Below the pieces are notes generated by a model. That model worked only from the letters and a program-made list of their open reading frames with translations. It was not told the origin of the DNA and searched no databases. From contig OX597839.1 in assembly GCA_951406725.2 (NCBI GenBank), forward strand, positions 20,026,001 to 20,090,000: a stretch of 64,000 nt of DNA, in the 5' to 3' direction. Every line of letters starts with the position of its first letter. The stretch's first letter is position 1. This document shows, piece by piece, positions 45,634-60,586 of the stretch. Both the position numbers and the translations under genes were made by a program. The stretch is from Octopus vulgaris (lineage: Eukaryota).

Positions 45634-46134
45634 TTGGGCCATCCCATAAATAATGCGGTTTTTTCAATTGCATGAACTAAAAGTCGGGAGAGACTACCTT
45701 CATCAACTTGCTATAAAAGCAGGTAGTAATTTTACCTTGTCCTTATTCTTAGTGCAAGTTTTGAAGAGTGCAGTTCGAATTTAACATTTATTTTATTTTT
45801 TTTCAAATCTATAATGGAAGTAACAAAGTAGCATATTTGGCATAGTTTACTTTGTGAATTCAATAAAAGCAACAACGCAACGGAAAGTACAAGAAATATT
45901 AATGCAGTATATGGGGATCAGACAATAAGCATAAGCCAATGTCAATGGTGGTTCCAGAAATTCTGAACCAGAAACTACAGCGTAGAAGATGAACCTCATC
46001 CTGGAAGACCTGGAGAGCTTGACAAGGACATCCTGCAAACCCTGGTGGAGCAGTATCCCATTGTAACTTTTGAGGAACCAGCAGAGAAGCATGGATTTCG
46101 TCATTCAACCATTCATTGACACATGCGTGCCATC
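45634..46134 (+). pseudogene. mariner transposon 5' remnant: TIR plus decayed transposase HTH domain
   Basis: From ATG 45814: MEVTK*HIWHSLLCEFNKSNNATESTRNINAVYGDQTIS...WWFQKF*TRNYSVEDEPHPGRP...; typical mariner N-terminus with in-frame stops. Confidence 0.85.
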
Positions 46135-46169
46135 TTTGTACTGTCTGTGATGACAAATTTCATGAAATA

Positions 46170-46320
46170 AAGTAGCTTGCTAACGAACCACATGGTTCCT
46201 GGTTCAGTCCCACTGCGTTGCACCTTGGGCAAGTGTCTTCTACTATAGCCTCGGGCTGACCAATGCCTTGTGAGTGGATTTGGTAGACGGAAACTGAAAG
46301 ATGCCCGTCGTATACATATA

Positions 46321-46356
<36 letters not shown>

Positions 46357-46607
46357 TGTATGTATGTATGTATGTATGTATGTATGTGTATATGTTTGTG
46401 TGTCTGTGTTTGTCCTCCCAACATCGCTTGGCAACCGATGCTGGTGTGTTTACGTCCCCGTAACTTAGTGGTTCGGCAAAAGAGACCGATAGCATAAGTA
46501 CTAGGCTTACAAAGAATAAGTCCTGGGGTCGATTTACTCGACTAAAGGCGGTGCTCCAGCATGGCCACAGTCACAAGACTGAAACAAGTAAAAGAGTAAA
46601 AAGAGTA
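46170..46607 (+). mobile_element. SINE family A
   Basis: Near-full-length, with internal (TATG)n. Confidence 0.85.
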
Positions 46608-47421
46608 ACCCTGTTCTCCGCCCAAATCTAAAATTTTGGTTTCGAAATTATTTTAATTATAGTTTTAAAATACGGACAATCCGGACTTGCAATTTGTTTC
46701 GATTCATAATTTCAAAATAATTTTTGAACGAAAAAGGAGATTTCGCTGTTGTTTCTAGCAAATCTCACGACCACCTGGTACTGCTCTCGTTTCTTTGTCC
46801 CTATGATATGTATTGAGTGTTTTCCACTATTTTTCTAGCCGAAAACCCATTTTATGGGAAGATGAAGTGATGGTCCATTGATGCGATTTAAGCAACAATA
46901 ACAAAATTTATTTAAAAGTTAACCCCACCCCAGACCAAGCGAGTTTCAACTTTCGGTTACTTAAGAATACGTTTCTAACATATTCTAACTTCTAAAGACA
47001 AATTCACTGTAGTTTCCCGTAAACAGAAAATTCTCACTTGTGTTAAAAGGCGTAAAAACACTTTATTTGTTCAGTGCCTCCCTCTAGCGGACGTTAATGG
47101 TTATCATTATGATGTTTTTGATATTAGCCAACAATGCCCAAAGGTGAGGTCATTACAAGTAGAAGTTTACAGCAAAAAGTGAGAGGTTTTCGAGTAAACG
47201 AAAGGTAATCAACAACAAAAGAGGTAATGATAGGTAGGTAGGTAGGTAGGTAGGTAGGTAGGTAGGTAGGTAGGTAGGCAGGTAGGTAGGTAGGTAGGTA
47301 TGTATGTAGGTAGGTAGGTAGGTAGGTAGGAAGGTAGGAAGGTAGGTAGGTAGGTAGGTAGGTATGTAGGTAGGTAGACAAGCTCATAGACAGACAGCTA
47401 GCTGGCTAGATAGCTGACTAA

Positions 47422-47520
<99 letters not shown>

Positions 47521-47901
47521 GAGAAAATGATAGATAGATGCATACATACATACATACATACATACATACATACATACATACATACATACATACATACATA
47601 CATACATACATACATACATACATAGACAGATACATATATGGTAGACAGACAGAGACAGATGAATCTTTGTTTTGTCCACTGAGATTTCCCCTAAAGTCTG
47701 GAAACTTCATTATGGAGTTTCAACAAAACTATAGAGAACAGAAAGAAATAAAGAAAGGTGAAGAAAAAGAAAAGAATGGGGGAGAAAAAGAGAAAAAATA
47801 TAACAAAGTTTTTTAAAAAATGAACAAAAATTCAAAACAAAATCGACCACACAAAATAATTCACAAAAAGATAATTCGACGAAGTTGATTAACACTATGG
47901 T

Positions 47902-48104
47902 ATACGAGGGTATGCTGGGAATTTGCTACCTTTGGGTAAAAGAAAACAGAGGAAGATAAGTGAATTATATTCAACCTATTCCCCTTTCAGATTCACACAC
48001 TTATTGTAGCAGTCCTTCAGTTTCTCCAAGCCCTGTAAAACAGCTCACAATGTTGAGCTTTCAACCAAGCGTTTTGCAATATCCTTAAAACTTTTCAGCA
48101 CCCC
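47902..48104 (-). mobile_element. Internally deleted mariner (MITE-like) with transposase C-terminus
   Basis: TIR-like TACGAGGGTATGCTG / ACTTTTCAGCACCCC; minus strand LQGLEKLKDCYNKCVNLKGE*VEY*. Confidence 0.7.
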
Positions 48105-48487
48105 ACCCCAATGCCTCCAGAGCGGAAGCAATATTATCGATAATGGCCGAAATTGCGTTTGACCTCGTCTAGCTTATAACTGATGAAGAGTTGGTGACCT
48201 TCTGTGTTTTCTGTCCGCCTCTGTATTTCTGTATTTAGTATACGTTCGTTTCTTTATTTACTACACGTTTTTTAAAATCATATATATATATATATATTAA
48301 TAAATGAAATAAAACATATGCATATATATAAACATATATGTACGTACCTACCTCTACATGTACATATACACGCATATATGAGTACAGGACACCAAAAAGG
48401 ACGTCGAACACAAAGAGAAACGAAAACATAGACACAAACCAAAGGAACTGGACATTTTTTTAAAAACAACAAAAAATGGAGTACAGG

Positions 48488-48534
<47 letters not shown>

Positions 48535-48535
<1 letters not shown>

Positions 48536-48720
48536 GGGAGAGTTTACGAAAAAAACAAAAGACGAAGACAGGCGGTGTACAAAAACAAACAGATGTATTG
48601 GTATAACGCTCAGGAATAGAAAAAATCTTTTACGTTTTGAGCCTACGCTCTTCTACAGAAAGGGACAGAGAAAAGAAAAGGAGAGAAAAAAATCTGTGTA
48701 GTGGCTAACGATCAATCATG
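48535..48720 (-). mobile_element. (TA)n-flanked element of the 9115/9570 family with a degenerate HHR at 48627-48662
   Basis: CTGTAGA-a-gagc..gctc-AAAA-cg-TA (G12 mutated). Confidence 0.6.
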
Positions 48721-48723
48721 TAC

Positions 48724-48768
<45 letters not shown>

Positions 48769-49142
48769 CATAGGTATGTCATATCCTCCGTTTGTTATCT
48801 TCTTTTTATATAACAATGAAAAGAAATAACACATACACACACTAATATATATATATATTAAACTCGTTTTTCTTATTTCAGTGATTTGACTGCGGCCATG
48901 CTGGAGCACCGCCTTTAGTCATTTAGTGCCCAGTTAGTGATATTGTAGCTGTAACTTATAACTGGGGCGGCTATAGTGTTAATACCTATTATCTTGTTTT
49001 TAGCATTGAGCTCTGTTTTCAGTATTGATCTAAGTCGTCTATAGTATTCTTTCTTCGTTTTCTCTTTCATTTGAGTGTTGTATCATTTCTAGTTCATTAT
49101 CATTATTATTATCATCATCATCATCGTCATTATAATTATTAA

Positions 49143-49193
<51 letters not shown>

Positions 49194-49220
49194 TATTATT
49201 ATTACTATTTACTGTTGTTG

Positions 49221-49281
<61 letters not shown>

Positions 49282-49297
49282 CATTATTATTATCAAA

Positions 49298-49332
<35 letters not shown>

Positions 49333-49526
49333 CTTTTATACTTTATAGTTAGTTACATGGTCATGTACTAATGCTTTTACCATATGGTTTCATATCAAGC
49401 GGAGGCAAATTTAGCAATCATCAGACACGGCTGAATGGAGAAGTTACGGTGAGCAATGATGACATTTGTTGACATTTCCAGTCAACAAACCTTTCACCAT
49501 GGACACCTTCCCATATATACATACAT

Positions 49527-49593
<67 letters not shown>

Positions 49594-49733
49594 CATATAT
49601 ACAAATGTATATATATAGATACATATAAATATATATATATATATATATATACTGTTCTAGATCTATACATAAATATATGTCTGTGTGCATATATGTATAT
49701 GCGCATATATTTATGCATATATATGTATGTATT

Positions 49734-49803
<70 letters not shown>

Positions 49804-50256
49804 TATATATGATATATGTGTGCGTGTGTGTGCATATATATATAAATATATGTGTGTGTGTGTTCATCATTATATATATATATGAAATAAAGTCCTTGAA
49901 GCTTTTATTCCTTGATAGACGTGTACTGCACTATTTCATCCTAATTTGGAATCCTCGATGCAGCTTTAACGGAGACACAAAATGATTACGCTTAATTCAA
50001 CATTCTACGAGGTTTCTGTTTTAGGGAGGAATTAGTCCACAGTTTATAAAAAAAAACAACATATTTCTCTTTTGAAGTAAAGCGAGAGGAATTCTTTACA
50101 AGTAAGTAATATATACGTGTAGTTGCAATACAAGCTTCGTGGTGCAAACCTATATTACAGGAAAATAGAACATGAAATACGAGTCCATATAGTTTTTTCT
50201 TAATTTTCTTGATATTCAGCAGACGTTAAAAAGTGACTCAGTGACCGAGGGTTTCG

Positions 50257-50819
50257 TGCGTGGCTGTGTGGTAACGAACTTGCTTCCCAGCCGACATGGT
50301 TCCAGGCTCATGCCAATTGTGGCGCTTTGGGCAAGTGTCTTCTTCCATAGCCTTAGACCGATCACAGTATTGTCAGTGGATTTGTATTTATAGTATAGCC
50401 CCGAGCCAACCAAAGCCTTGTGAGTGGATTTAGTGGACGGAAACTAAAGAAGCCTGCCGTATATATGCACATGGCATCTTGGGCAAGTGTCTTCTGCTAT
50501 AGCCCGGGACCGACCAAGGCCTTGTGAGTGGATTCGGTAGACGGAAACTGCAAGAAGCCTGTCGTATATATATATATATATATATATATGTGGGGGAGGG
50601 GATGTTGTGTGTCTGTGTGTCTGTGTTTGTCTCCCTAGCATTGCTTGACAACCTATGCTGGTGTGTTTACGTCCCCGTCACTTAGCGGTTCGGCAAAAAG
50701 AGACTGATAGAATAGGTACTGGGCTTACAAAGAATAAGTCCCGGGGTCGATTTGTTCGACTAAAGGCGGTGCTCCAGCATGGCCGCAGTCAAATGACTGA
50801 TACAAGTAAAAGAGTAAGA

Positions 50820-50822
<3 letters not shown>
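50257..50822 (+). mobile_element. Composite family A SINE with repeated 5' segments
   Basis: GGGCAAGTGTCTTCT and GTGGATT blocks are repeated before one tail. Confidence 0.75.
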
Positions 50823-50860
<38 letters not shown>

Positions 50861-51071
50861 CAGATAAGAAATAATTAACATTCAGTTGAATTAGGCACAT
50901 AAGTTTAGGCACCAGGTCAGCTTGGTATACAAACACACACACACAGACATACGCCCTTATAAATACATATTTCGATACATCAATCCATACGTATCCCGGT
51001 CTGTCACGTGCTTGTTTATACGCATGCTCAGATACAAACCGAAAACTTCGAGACATATGTATATATATATA

Positions 51072-51217
51072 TATTTCTTTACTACCCACAAGGGGCTAAA
51101 CACAGAGGGGACAAACAAGGACAGACAAAGGGATTAAGTCGATTACATCGACCCCAGTGCGTAACTGGTACTTAATTTATCGACCCCGAAAGGATGAAAG
51201 GCAAAGTCGACCTCATG

Positions 51218-51282
<65 letters not shown>

Positions 51283-51645
51283 TTATGTGTGTGTGCATGA
51301 GTGCCTGTGTTTGTCACCCCACCATCGCTTGACAACCGGTGTTGGTATGATTACGTCCCCGTGATTTAACGATTCTGCAAAAGAGACAAATAACAGAAGC
51401 ACTAGGATTACAAAGAATAAGTACATTCAAGGCGGTGCTCCAGCATAGCCGCAGTCAATTGACTGAAACAAATAAAAGAATAAGAGAAAAAAGGAACATA
51501 TATATATATATATATATATATACATTGGCCTGCTCGCTAAGCCAGCGGGGTGGCGTCATTCAAAAGGCTAAAACAATGCGAACGCATTGTGACCAGCGAT
51601 GTGTAACAACATCTGATGGTCTGGTCGGTCACGTGATCACGTGAT
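51072..51645. mobile_element. Cluster of SINE fragments: B (-), A 3' half (+), C tail (+)
   Basis: Family motifs separated by (TA)n/(GT)n. Confidence 0.75.
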
Positions 51646-51663
51646 ATATATACATATATATAC

Positions 51664-51697
<34 letters not shown>

Positions 51698-51755
51698 ATA
51701 TACATATATATATATATACATATACATATATATATATACATATATATATATATAC

Positions 51756-51809
<54 letters not shown>

Positions 51810-51854
51810 ATATATATGTACATATATATATACATATATATATGTATATATATA

Positions 51855-51935
<81 letters not shown>

Positions 51936-52516
51936 ATACCCATATGAATATATATTTACGTGCATCCTTCCATATATATCCCAATCTGTCACGTGCATGG
52001 TTGTACGCATGCTCAGATACAAACCGAAAACTTAGAGCCTATACACACACACACACACACACACATGAACAACTCAAACACTCTCTTTTACGCATGCGCG
52101 CCGAACAAAAAAAAACGCACACAACAACACACACCTCTATTCCGTATGTGAGTACAAATTTCGATTCGTGTAAGGGCGTGCGTATCATTAAGCTTGCTAA
52201 TGGGTGGTCGGGTGTGTCTCTAGGGTGGTGGTATGCATGCGTTTCTCCATATGAGTATATGTGCGTGCGTGTGTGTGTGAGTATGTGTGTGTGTACGCGC
52301 AAGCGTGTTTTTTTATAGAAATATAGCGATATTTGGAAGACGCGTTTCTATTCAAGTAGCCCACCCAGGGGCCCGATTTAGAGAAAAATATAAACAAAAA
52401 TTAGAACTAAGCAAACAAAAATATTACATCTGGCTGACGTTTTTCTCATTTTAACCTCTAAAGCTAGCTATTTATATACACACATACGTACATACATACA
52501 TACATACATACATACA

Positions 52517-52548
<32 letters not shown>

Positions 52549-52636
52549 CAAACGCACACACATATATATATTTATGTATATACATACATATATATGTGTG
52601 TATGTATATATACATATATATATATATATGTGTTTG

Positions 52637-52668
<32 letters not shown>

Positions 52669-52778
52669 TGTACGTATGTATATATATATATATTATACAC
52701 GTACATATGTACATATTTGTTTAGATAGGTAGGTAAATAGACAGGTAGGTAGAAAGATAGACGGATAGATAAATTGAT

Positions 52779-52884
<106 letters not shown>

Positions 52885-53139
52885 GTATGGATAGATATAC
52901 AATCATGAACGTAACCATTCACACAAATGCTACACACATTTCTTTATACACATATTTGTATATATACGAATAATTATTTATACATATATATATATATATA
53001 TGTGTGTGTATACATTTATATATGCATATACGTGTATGTATATATATATACACGTATATATATATATATATATTTCCTACATATATATGCATATATGTAG
53101 GAAATAGATAAATAAATAATATATAGTGCAAGATCTCAG

Positions 53140-53170
<31 letters not shown>

Positions 53171-53188
53171 GCAGACAGACAGACAGAC

Positions 53189-53239
<51 letters not shown>

Positions 53240-53527
53240 CAGACGGACAGACAGACAGATAGATAGATAGGTAATATGCGGTGGATATAAATAGATAATT
53301 AGGCACGAATATAAACACACTCACACACTGCGCATGCGCGCAACACATTCACACGGGCAACATACACCTATTACAGGAAATTCAATACACCCGCTTTCCT
53401 ACATCAACCAAACGCCCTCAGAGCATAGAAATAGCTTGAACATTAAATTGGTTAACAGATTCTGCAGACAGATAAATCCTTTTAATCTCCGCGTGCGTGT
53501 CATTATTCCTACATACATATGTAAAGA

Positions 53528-53567
<40 letters not shown>

Positions 53568-55622
53568 ACGTGTATATAAGGTAATATCGTAGATGGCTTT
53601 GGCAGGCGGATCACATTGACTCGATGCCCCGTCAGTTTTTCATTAGAAGGCAACTGTAAATATTTAGCGAATATTCATCTGTTATTACATAAACGATGGT
53701 TGCCTGATGACAGAATTTTCTGGTCGCCATTATTTGTCTATATTATATTTCGTAAGCCTCCTATATCAATTAGTACAGTACGTAATTAACAAAGTAATTA
53801 AGAGAATTAATGGATTCTTAGACAGTTGTTGCAACGACGGAGCTCCCTATTCGTTGAATAATGCACCAAGTGGCTGAGTACTTCTCCGACGTTTTTATTT
53901 ATCGGGTTTCGGCAGACGGTGTCTGGTACTTGTTTATACGACAGGTATCGTTGTGTGGTTAACAAACTCACTTTACAAACCTGTGGCATCAAGTTCAGTG
54001 CTACTGCGCGGCACTTTGGACTAGTAACACCTATCCCAGCCCAGAACCGATCAGTACATTTGTGAGTAAATTAGATTGACATACACACATATACACATAC
54101 ATACATACATACATACATACATACATACATACATACATACATACATACATACATACATACATAACAGGCACGTGCTGAAAGTAATTACTCAGGGTAGGCA
54201 GTTGGTGACGTTTATGTAGTAAACGTTTATGTAGTAAAACACAAAAAAATAAGCGAAACACAGGCACACGACTGAGTTGAAGGCAGATTTACTTCTGCCT
54301 TTATAGCATGTAAAGAAAACGTTGTTGTAGGAGTGTACGTAGCACATGTACTACAGCAATACTATGCGTAGTTCAGATACTGACCTTAAAGGCAGGAGTA
54401 AATTATACCTACCTAATCTACAAAAATATAAAATATTTTGTATTTTATGTATCGTAATCAGAGTAACTTTTCCAATTTAATTGAATTTGGTGCATATTTT
54501 GCCATAATAGGAAAATGTTACTATCGGTCTATTTTATTCAGGGTAGGCACTGCCTACCTTGCCTACCCAAACGGTACGTCCCTGATACATACATACATAC
54601 ATAGCCATAGAAATTTGCTAAGACTGAAGTATTTAAATAAAAGTAAAAAAGAAAAACAAAGTGATACCAGTACGCTGTCTTATAGAAATCAGCTACATAC
54701 TTGGTAAACATTTCTTCGAGGTGAGATGCGTTCCACCACATCACATCAAGTATTATTGTGCTCTGTCCTCAATTTCATATAGCGTAGTTCTGCCAATATC
54801 GTGAATATTTTTGGAGTATACATGAGAGGTTGAAGCTAGTCAGTTTGAACATAGAACAGATAGAATATTTGGTTTAAAGATACAATGAGTATTCCATTTA
54901 TAGATTCGGTTTGCCCAAGATTTTCTCAGTGGAAATGTATAAAAGAATTCTCTTGAAAATCGTCTGACGGTTTTAACATTACTAACCCAGTACGCGTACG
55001 TAAAATTACGAACGATAGTTACGTATCTCTGAAGATTCAACAATGCAATTGGATAATTCATTTTAAATCGACCACTTTATTTGATGAAACGTGCATGAGA
55101 GAATATCACAGAATATTTGAAAAACCTGGTTTTTTTAATGAGGCAATCTGCAGAGTCGTTAGAACGTCAGATAAATTGTTTAATAGTACTCGTATACGAT
55201 TTCCGCACTCTGAGCTCAGAGCCAACGGTGACAAAATTTGCCCTATATCTTTTCGTGAAATAAAGTACCCGTCATGTGTTGCGGTCGATTATTCTTTTTC
55301 TTTTTTTATTTCCTGTTTGTACTTTTGAGCGTCTGAGCGCAAACCTCGTAAAATATGGGACCAGCCACGACTAAAAATATTGGTGGAAATCAAATGAATG
55401 TATCGAAGGTGTCACTACGATAATGTCAAGGATTTAAGAGCATGTATAAACAGGCAATATACGTAAACATACAAAACCACATGAATACATACATTATTTA
55501 AATACGAATTACATACATACATCTACAAATAATAACTCTCATTCGAACGGGCTATTGTTCACAAAGAATAACTGTAATATGAAACATCATCAAATATCTT
55601 TTTCCAGATAGTGTTAAATTAG

Positions 55623-55683
<61 letters not shown>

Positions 55684-56047
55684 GATGTCTTACCCCGTAC
55701 CACTCTGGCTTCAAGTCATCTTTCACGGTTGTCCCCCGTGTTACGCCTCTAACACACTCTTCCTCTTCTGGTCATTTCAGCATGCGTTGTGCGTCCAAGT
55801 GAGAACGTTGTTTTTTTCTCTCTTCCATTTTATTCTCTTCGACTTTTGCTTCTGCAAAAATAAAAAAGCGAATGCGCGAATGGTAAAAGTCTTTTCTTAC
55901 TATTTTTCCTGACCGTAAAGCTAGTACACTCCGCCACGTTTCTTTTTTTATCTCCCCTTTTGCACCACACACACACACACACATATATATGTACGTGCGT
56001 AAATATATATGTAAATACATGTATGCATAAATAAATATATATATATG

Positions 56048-56310
56048 TTGTGTTCTTGAGCAAGGCACTTTATTTCACGTTGCTCCAGTTCACTCAGCTG
56101 TAGAAATGAGTTGCGACGTCACTGGTGCCAAGCTGTATCGACCTTTGTCTTTCCCTTGGATAACACTGGTGGTGTGGAGAGGGGAGGCTGGTATGCATGG
56201 GCGACTGCTGGTCTTCCATAAACAACCTTGCCCGGACTTGTGTCTAGGAGGGTAACTTTCTAGGTGCAATCCCATGGTCATTCATGACCGAAGGGGGTCT
56301 TTACCTTTTA
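56048..56310 (+). mobile_element. 5'-truncated SINE (same body as 42920-43180)
   Basis: TTGTGTTCTTGAGCAAG...GGTGCAATCCCATGGTCATTCATGACCG. Confidence 0.75.
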
Positions 56311-56551
56311 CACATACATATATATATATATACATATAATATTTTTACTAACAATGGCCTAGCGTATACAAAAATTAGTCAATAAGAAATAGATGGTAAA
56401 TGTTTTAATTTTTCACTCCCTTCGACATTTTATCCCTAATTAGTGGTTTGGAATTTAGCTATTCCTTCTACTGTAAGGGAGTCCTATGATGGATACCTCT
56501 TAATGTGTTTAAATGTACACTGGATTTTATGTATATATATATATAAACACA

Positions 56552-56607
<56 letters not shown>

Positions 56608-56900
56608 TGGGCCTCTATTTGTTTATGAATTTCTGAATAAATTGTGAGATGCGACCCCAAAATATACGCGCGCGCGAACACAAGCTCACACAAATACACA
56701 CACACGCACGCACATTTATGTATATATGTGTATCTGCGCGCGCGCGTATGTATATAAGCAGTTCGATTGCAAAAGTGAGTGTTTTCAAACGCGCGTGAAC
56801 GACCGGTCGCCATTTTTCAGTCACAAAGCTAAGCTAGGGACACAGAATCAAGCTAAGATTTCACAGATCAGTTGAACACCTGAAAGATGACAAGCGTCTT

Positions 56901-56954
<54 letters not shown>

Positions 56955-57521
56955 TATGTACGTGTGTGAATATATATGTAAATACATCTATGCATGAATA
57001 TATATATATACACACATACATCTATATATATATACATACATAAATATTATATATGTGTATGTGTGTGTATATATATAGAAATATATATATATACACGTAT
57101 ATGTAAATATGTAAATATGTATATATATATATATATATTTACATACATGTATAGATATAATATATGTGTAAGTATATACATGTATATATATATATTTATA
57201 TACTTCTTTATGCATGTATATATGTGTGTGTGTGTACATAAAATACATAATAAATTCATAAACATGTACCCCAGTCCCACATAGGCACACACACATCCAC
57301 ACATACACACACAAACACACACATATAGATATATATACACATATATACACACATATCTATATGCATGCCCGTGTATGTATAAATATGCATGTGTGTGTAT
57401 ATGTGTACGTATATATGTCCACAGATACATAAGCGCATATAGATTTTTATACACACACACTTACGTACATACAAATAGACATACACTTAGATACACACAC
57501 ATACATATATGTGCAAGTATT

Positions 57522-57605
<84 letters not shown>

Positions 57606-58104
57606 CACATCAACTTCGAAAGGAAGTTATCTGGGAGGACGGCTGTTGATATGTTGATAGTAAGAGATTTGCGATTGGGGTACCTCGGGGGTGGCTGGTG
57701 GGGTACCTACCTTTATGCGATACTTCTAAAGAGGATAAAGGGAGGGTGAGGCAGTGAATGGGGTGGGGTGGGGGGTTAAAGAACATGCATGTATGTACAG
57801 AGCATGGTGGGGGAGGGGTTTCATTTGAGCAGTGAAAGTGTTGGAGTATTCTGTGACGGCTCTGATATCTTTATTTCACGCCAACGCTGATACCTAATAC
57901 CTCGGGGTATCCGGGGTGGATGCAGGATGAGGTGGGGGTGGAGAACGGGGGGGGTGGTTCTTGATTTATTGAAGTTTAGGTGACAGCTATACGGCCTACG
58001 GGCAAATATGTACGGAAACGTACGTGAAGGCGTGTGTGTAAGCGTATAGACGGTTTCAACATTTACCGGCACTAATCGCACACGCATGCACGTATAACGA
58101 AGAA

Positions 58105-58135
<31 letters not shown>

Positions 58136-58204
58136 GGGTATATATATATATATGGGTATATATATATATATATACCTATATATATATGGGTATATATATA
58201 TATG

Positions 58205-58254
<50 letters not shown>

Positions 58255-58377
58255 TATATATATATATGGGTATATATACATGTGTGTGTTTGTGTGCGGA
58301 TGTGTTTGTATGTGGCCTTGCGTATTTGTGTGTGTTTCTGTGTTTCTGTGTAACACACACACACACACACACGGTTA

Positions 58378-58590
58378 TTCTTTTATTCTTTTGCTTGCTT
58401 CAGTCATTTTGACTGCGGCCATGTTGGAGCAGCGCCTTTAGTCGATCAAACTGTCCATAGGGCTTATTCATTGTAACCATTGTGCTTAGTCTATCAGTCT
58501 CTTTTGCCCAACCGCTAACTTACGGGGACGTAAATACACCAGCATTGGTTGTTAATCGATGGTGAAGGAAAAACACAGACACCCCGAAAC
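58378..58590 (-). mobile_element. SINE family A, 3' half
   Basis: Family motif. Confidence 0.75.
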
Positions 58591-58696
58591 ACAAATACAT
58601 ACATACATATACACACACATGTACATATATAAATTATATAAGGTATTATGATTATCATTATTAGCATTAATAATAACAACAACAATAATAATAATA

Positions 58697-58758
<62 letters not shown>

Positions 58759-59388
58759 TCATTCGTTTATTGGCCACAAGGGTTAACAAAAATCAATTAT
58801 AACATAAAGGGACAACACGCAGGACGAAAGTTACAAAGGGTTTTGTCCGTTTGAAAAAGGTCCGTGTACAAAAGCAGGATGACAACGAAATATAAGTAAC
58901 AATTAAAACTCCCAATAGGAGGAGTAATATTAATAATAATAATAAGTGGCCAGCAAGTTTATAGCTATATAGGTAAAAATATACAAATAAATTAAGTAGG
59001 GTATTAGAATACCACTTGCTAGAAATAGAAGCTAACACTCCAAAACCACAGAATTTCTCACTAATAAAATACCCACGGCGAATGTAGCGAATATAAAAGA
59101 AATAGACTTACCGTATATGAAACTACAGAAGCAAGGAAGACAGATATTCCGGTCTGTCTGTCTGTCTTCGGAATATCCGTTTTTTTCTGGCTTCTGTAGT
59201 TCATAGAAGGTAAGCCTACTCACAATGCTTTGGCCGGCCCGAAGGCTATAGTAGAAGACACTTGTCAATGATGCCATGCAGTGGGACTGAACCTAGAACC
59301 TTGTGGTTAGGAAACAAGTCACTGCTGCACCTATTTACCTATATATATATATATAAACATATATATATATATGCATATATATATATAT

Positions 59389-59586
59389 GTAGGTCCCGGG
59401 TTGAGTCGGGGTTAACCACAGTAAATAAGGTACTCAATACATAGCAGAGTAAATTAATTTATTTTATAGAAGGAGCTTCTACAGGACTAGAACTGTTTCA
59501 TTCAAATGAAATCATCAGGAAGCTTGATGATTGCATTTGAATGAAACAGTTCTAGTCCTGTAGAAGCTCCTTCTATAAAATAAAAT
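59389..59586. mobile_element. PLE-like palindromic element in (TA)n with an intact HHR on minus (59474-59524) and a centre-deleted HHR on plus
   Basis: Near-identical to 41444-41643; the + copy has lost bases at the palindrome centre including C3. Confidence 0.75.
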
Positions 59587-59587
59587 A

Positions 59588-59647
<60 letters not shown>

Positions 59648-60308
59648 CACACACATATATAGACATATACATATAATATAGATAATATATAAATATATAT
59701 GCATATATACATATACGTACATACATATATATGTATATACACATGCATATATGACACAGGACACCACAGAACGTAAACAGCATGAAATACGGAAACAACA
59801 TAAAATACGAAATACGAAAACATGGAATACGAACTTTCTTTTTTCGAACAACGATACAAACGAATGGAAAACAAGACAAACAACATAAAAAAAACGACCT
59901 TTCAGCTGAAAAATATAGAATTCCTCATAAGTAATACAAACGTCGTAAATTCCCTGGCGTGGTTAATGAAGATATTATGCATTAATTGAATGTGTTAAAC
60001 TTATCTTTATTAATGTATATCGAATTATACATAGATATATATACAAGATTTACACAAATATAAGAGTTAGAACCTGAATTCTGAGCTATCAGCAGCCGCG
60101 GATTCCAGACTAATACCGAAATTCATCAGGGAGAAAACCCTGGTTTTACGTCGGTAAAAACCGTTGCGTGGTGTTTAGCGAAGAGCCATATTATCTCTAA
60201 CTGTGTACTGATCATTAAAGATGTGTCAAAGTATTTCTGTCTCAAAAATTGGATTAGATAGACAGACAGACATACAGATAGACAGACAGATAGGGAGATA
60301 GATAGGTA

Positions 60309-60377
<69 letters not shown>

Positions 60378-60379
60378 AG

Positions 60380-60453
<74 letters not shown>

Positions 60454-60552
60454 GTTTCTTTATTGGCCACACAGGGCTGCACACAGATGGGACAAGTTAC
60501 AAGGTAGAGCTTTTCTTTTGGGGGAGAAAAAAAAGGTAGATAGATAGATAGA

Positions 60553-60586
<34 letters not shown>

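Noticed and set aside
53700-53735. CTGATGA followed by a hairpin
   Set aside because: No GAAA/UH half follows. Isolated CTGANGA words at ~8641, ~11071, ~44637 and ~48180 were rejected for the same reason.
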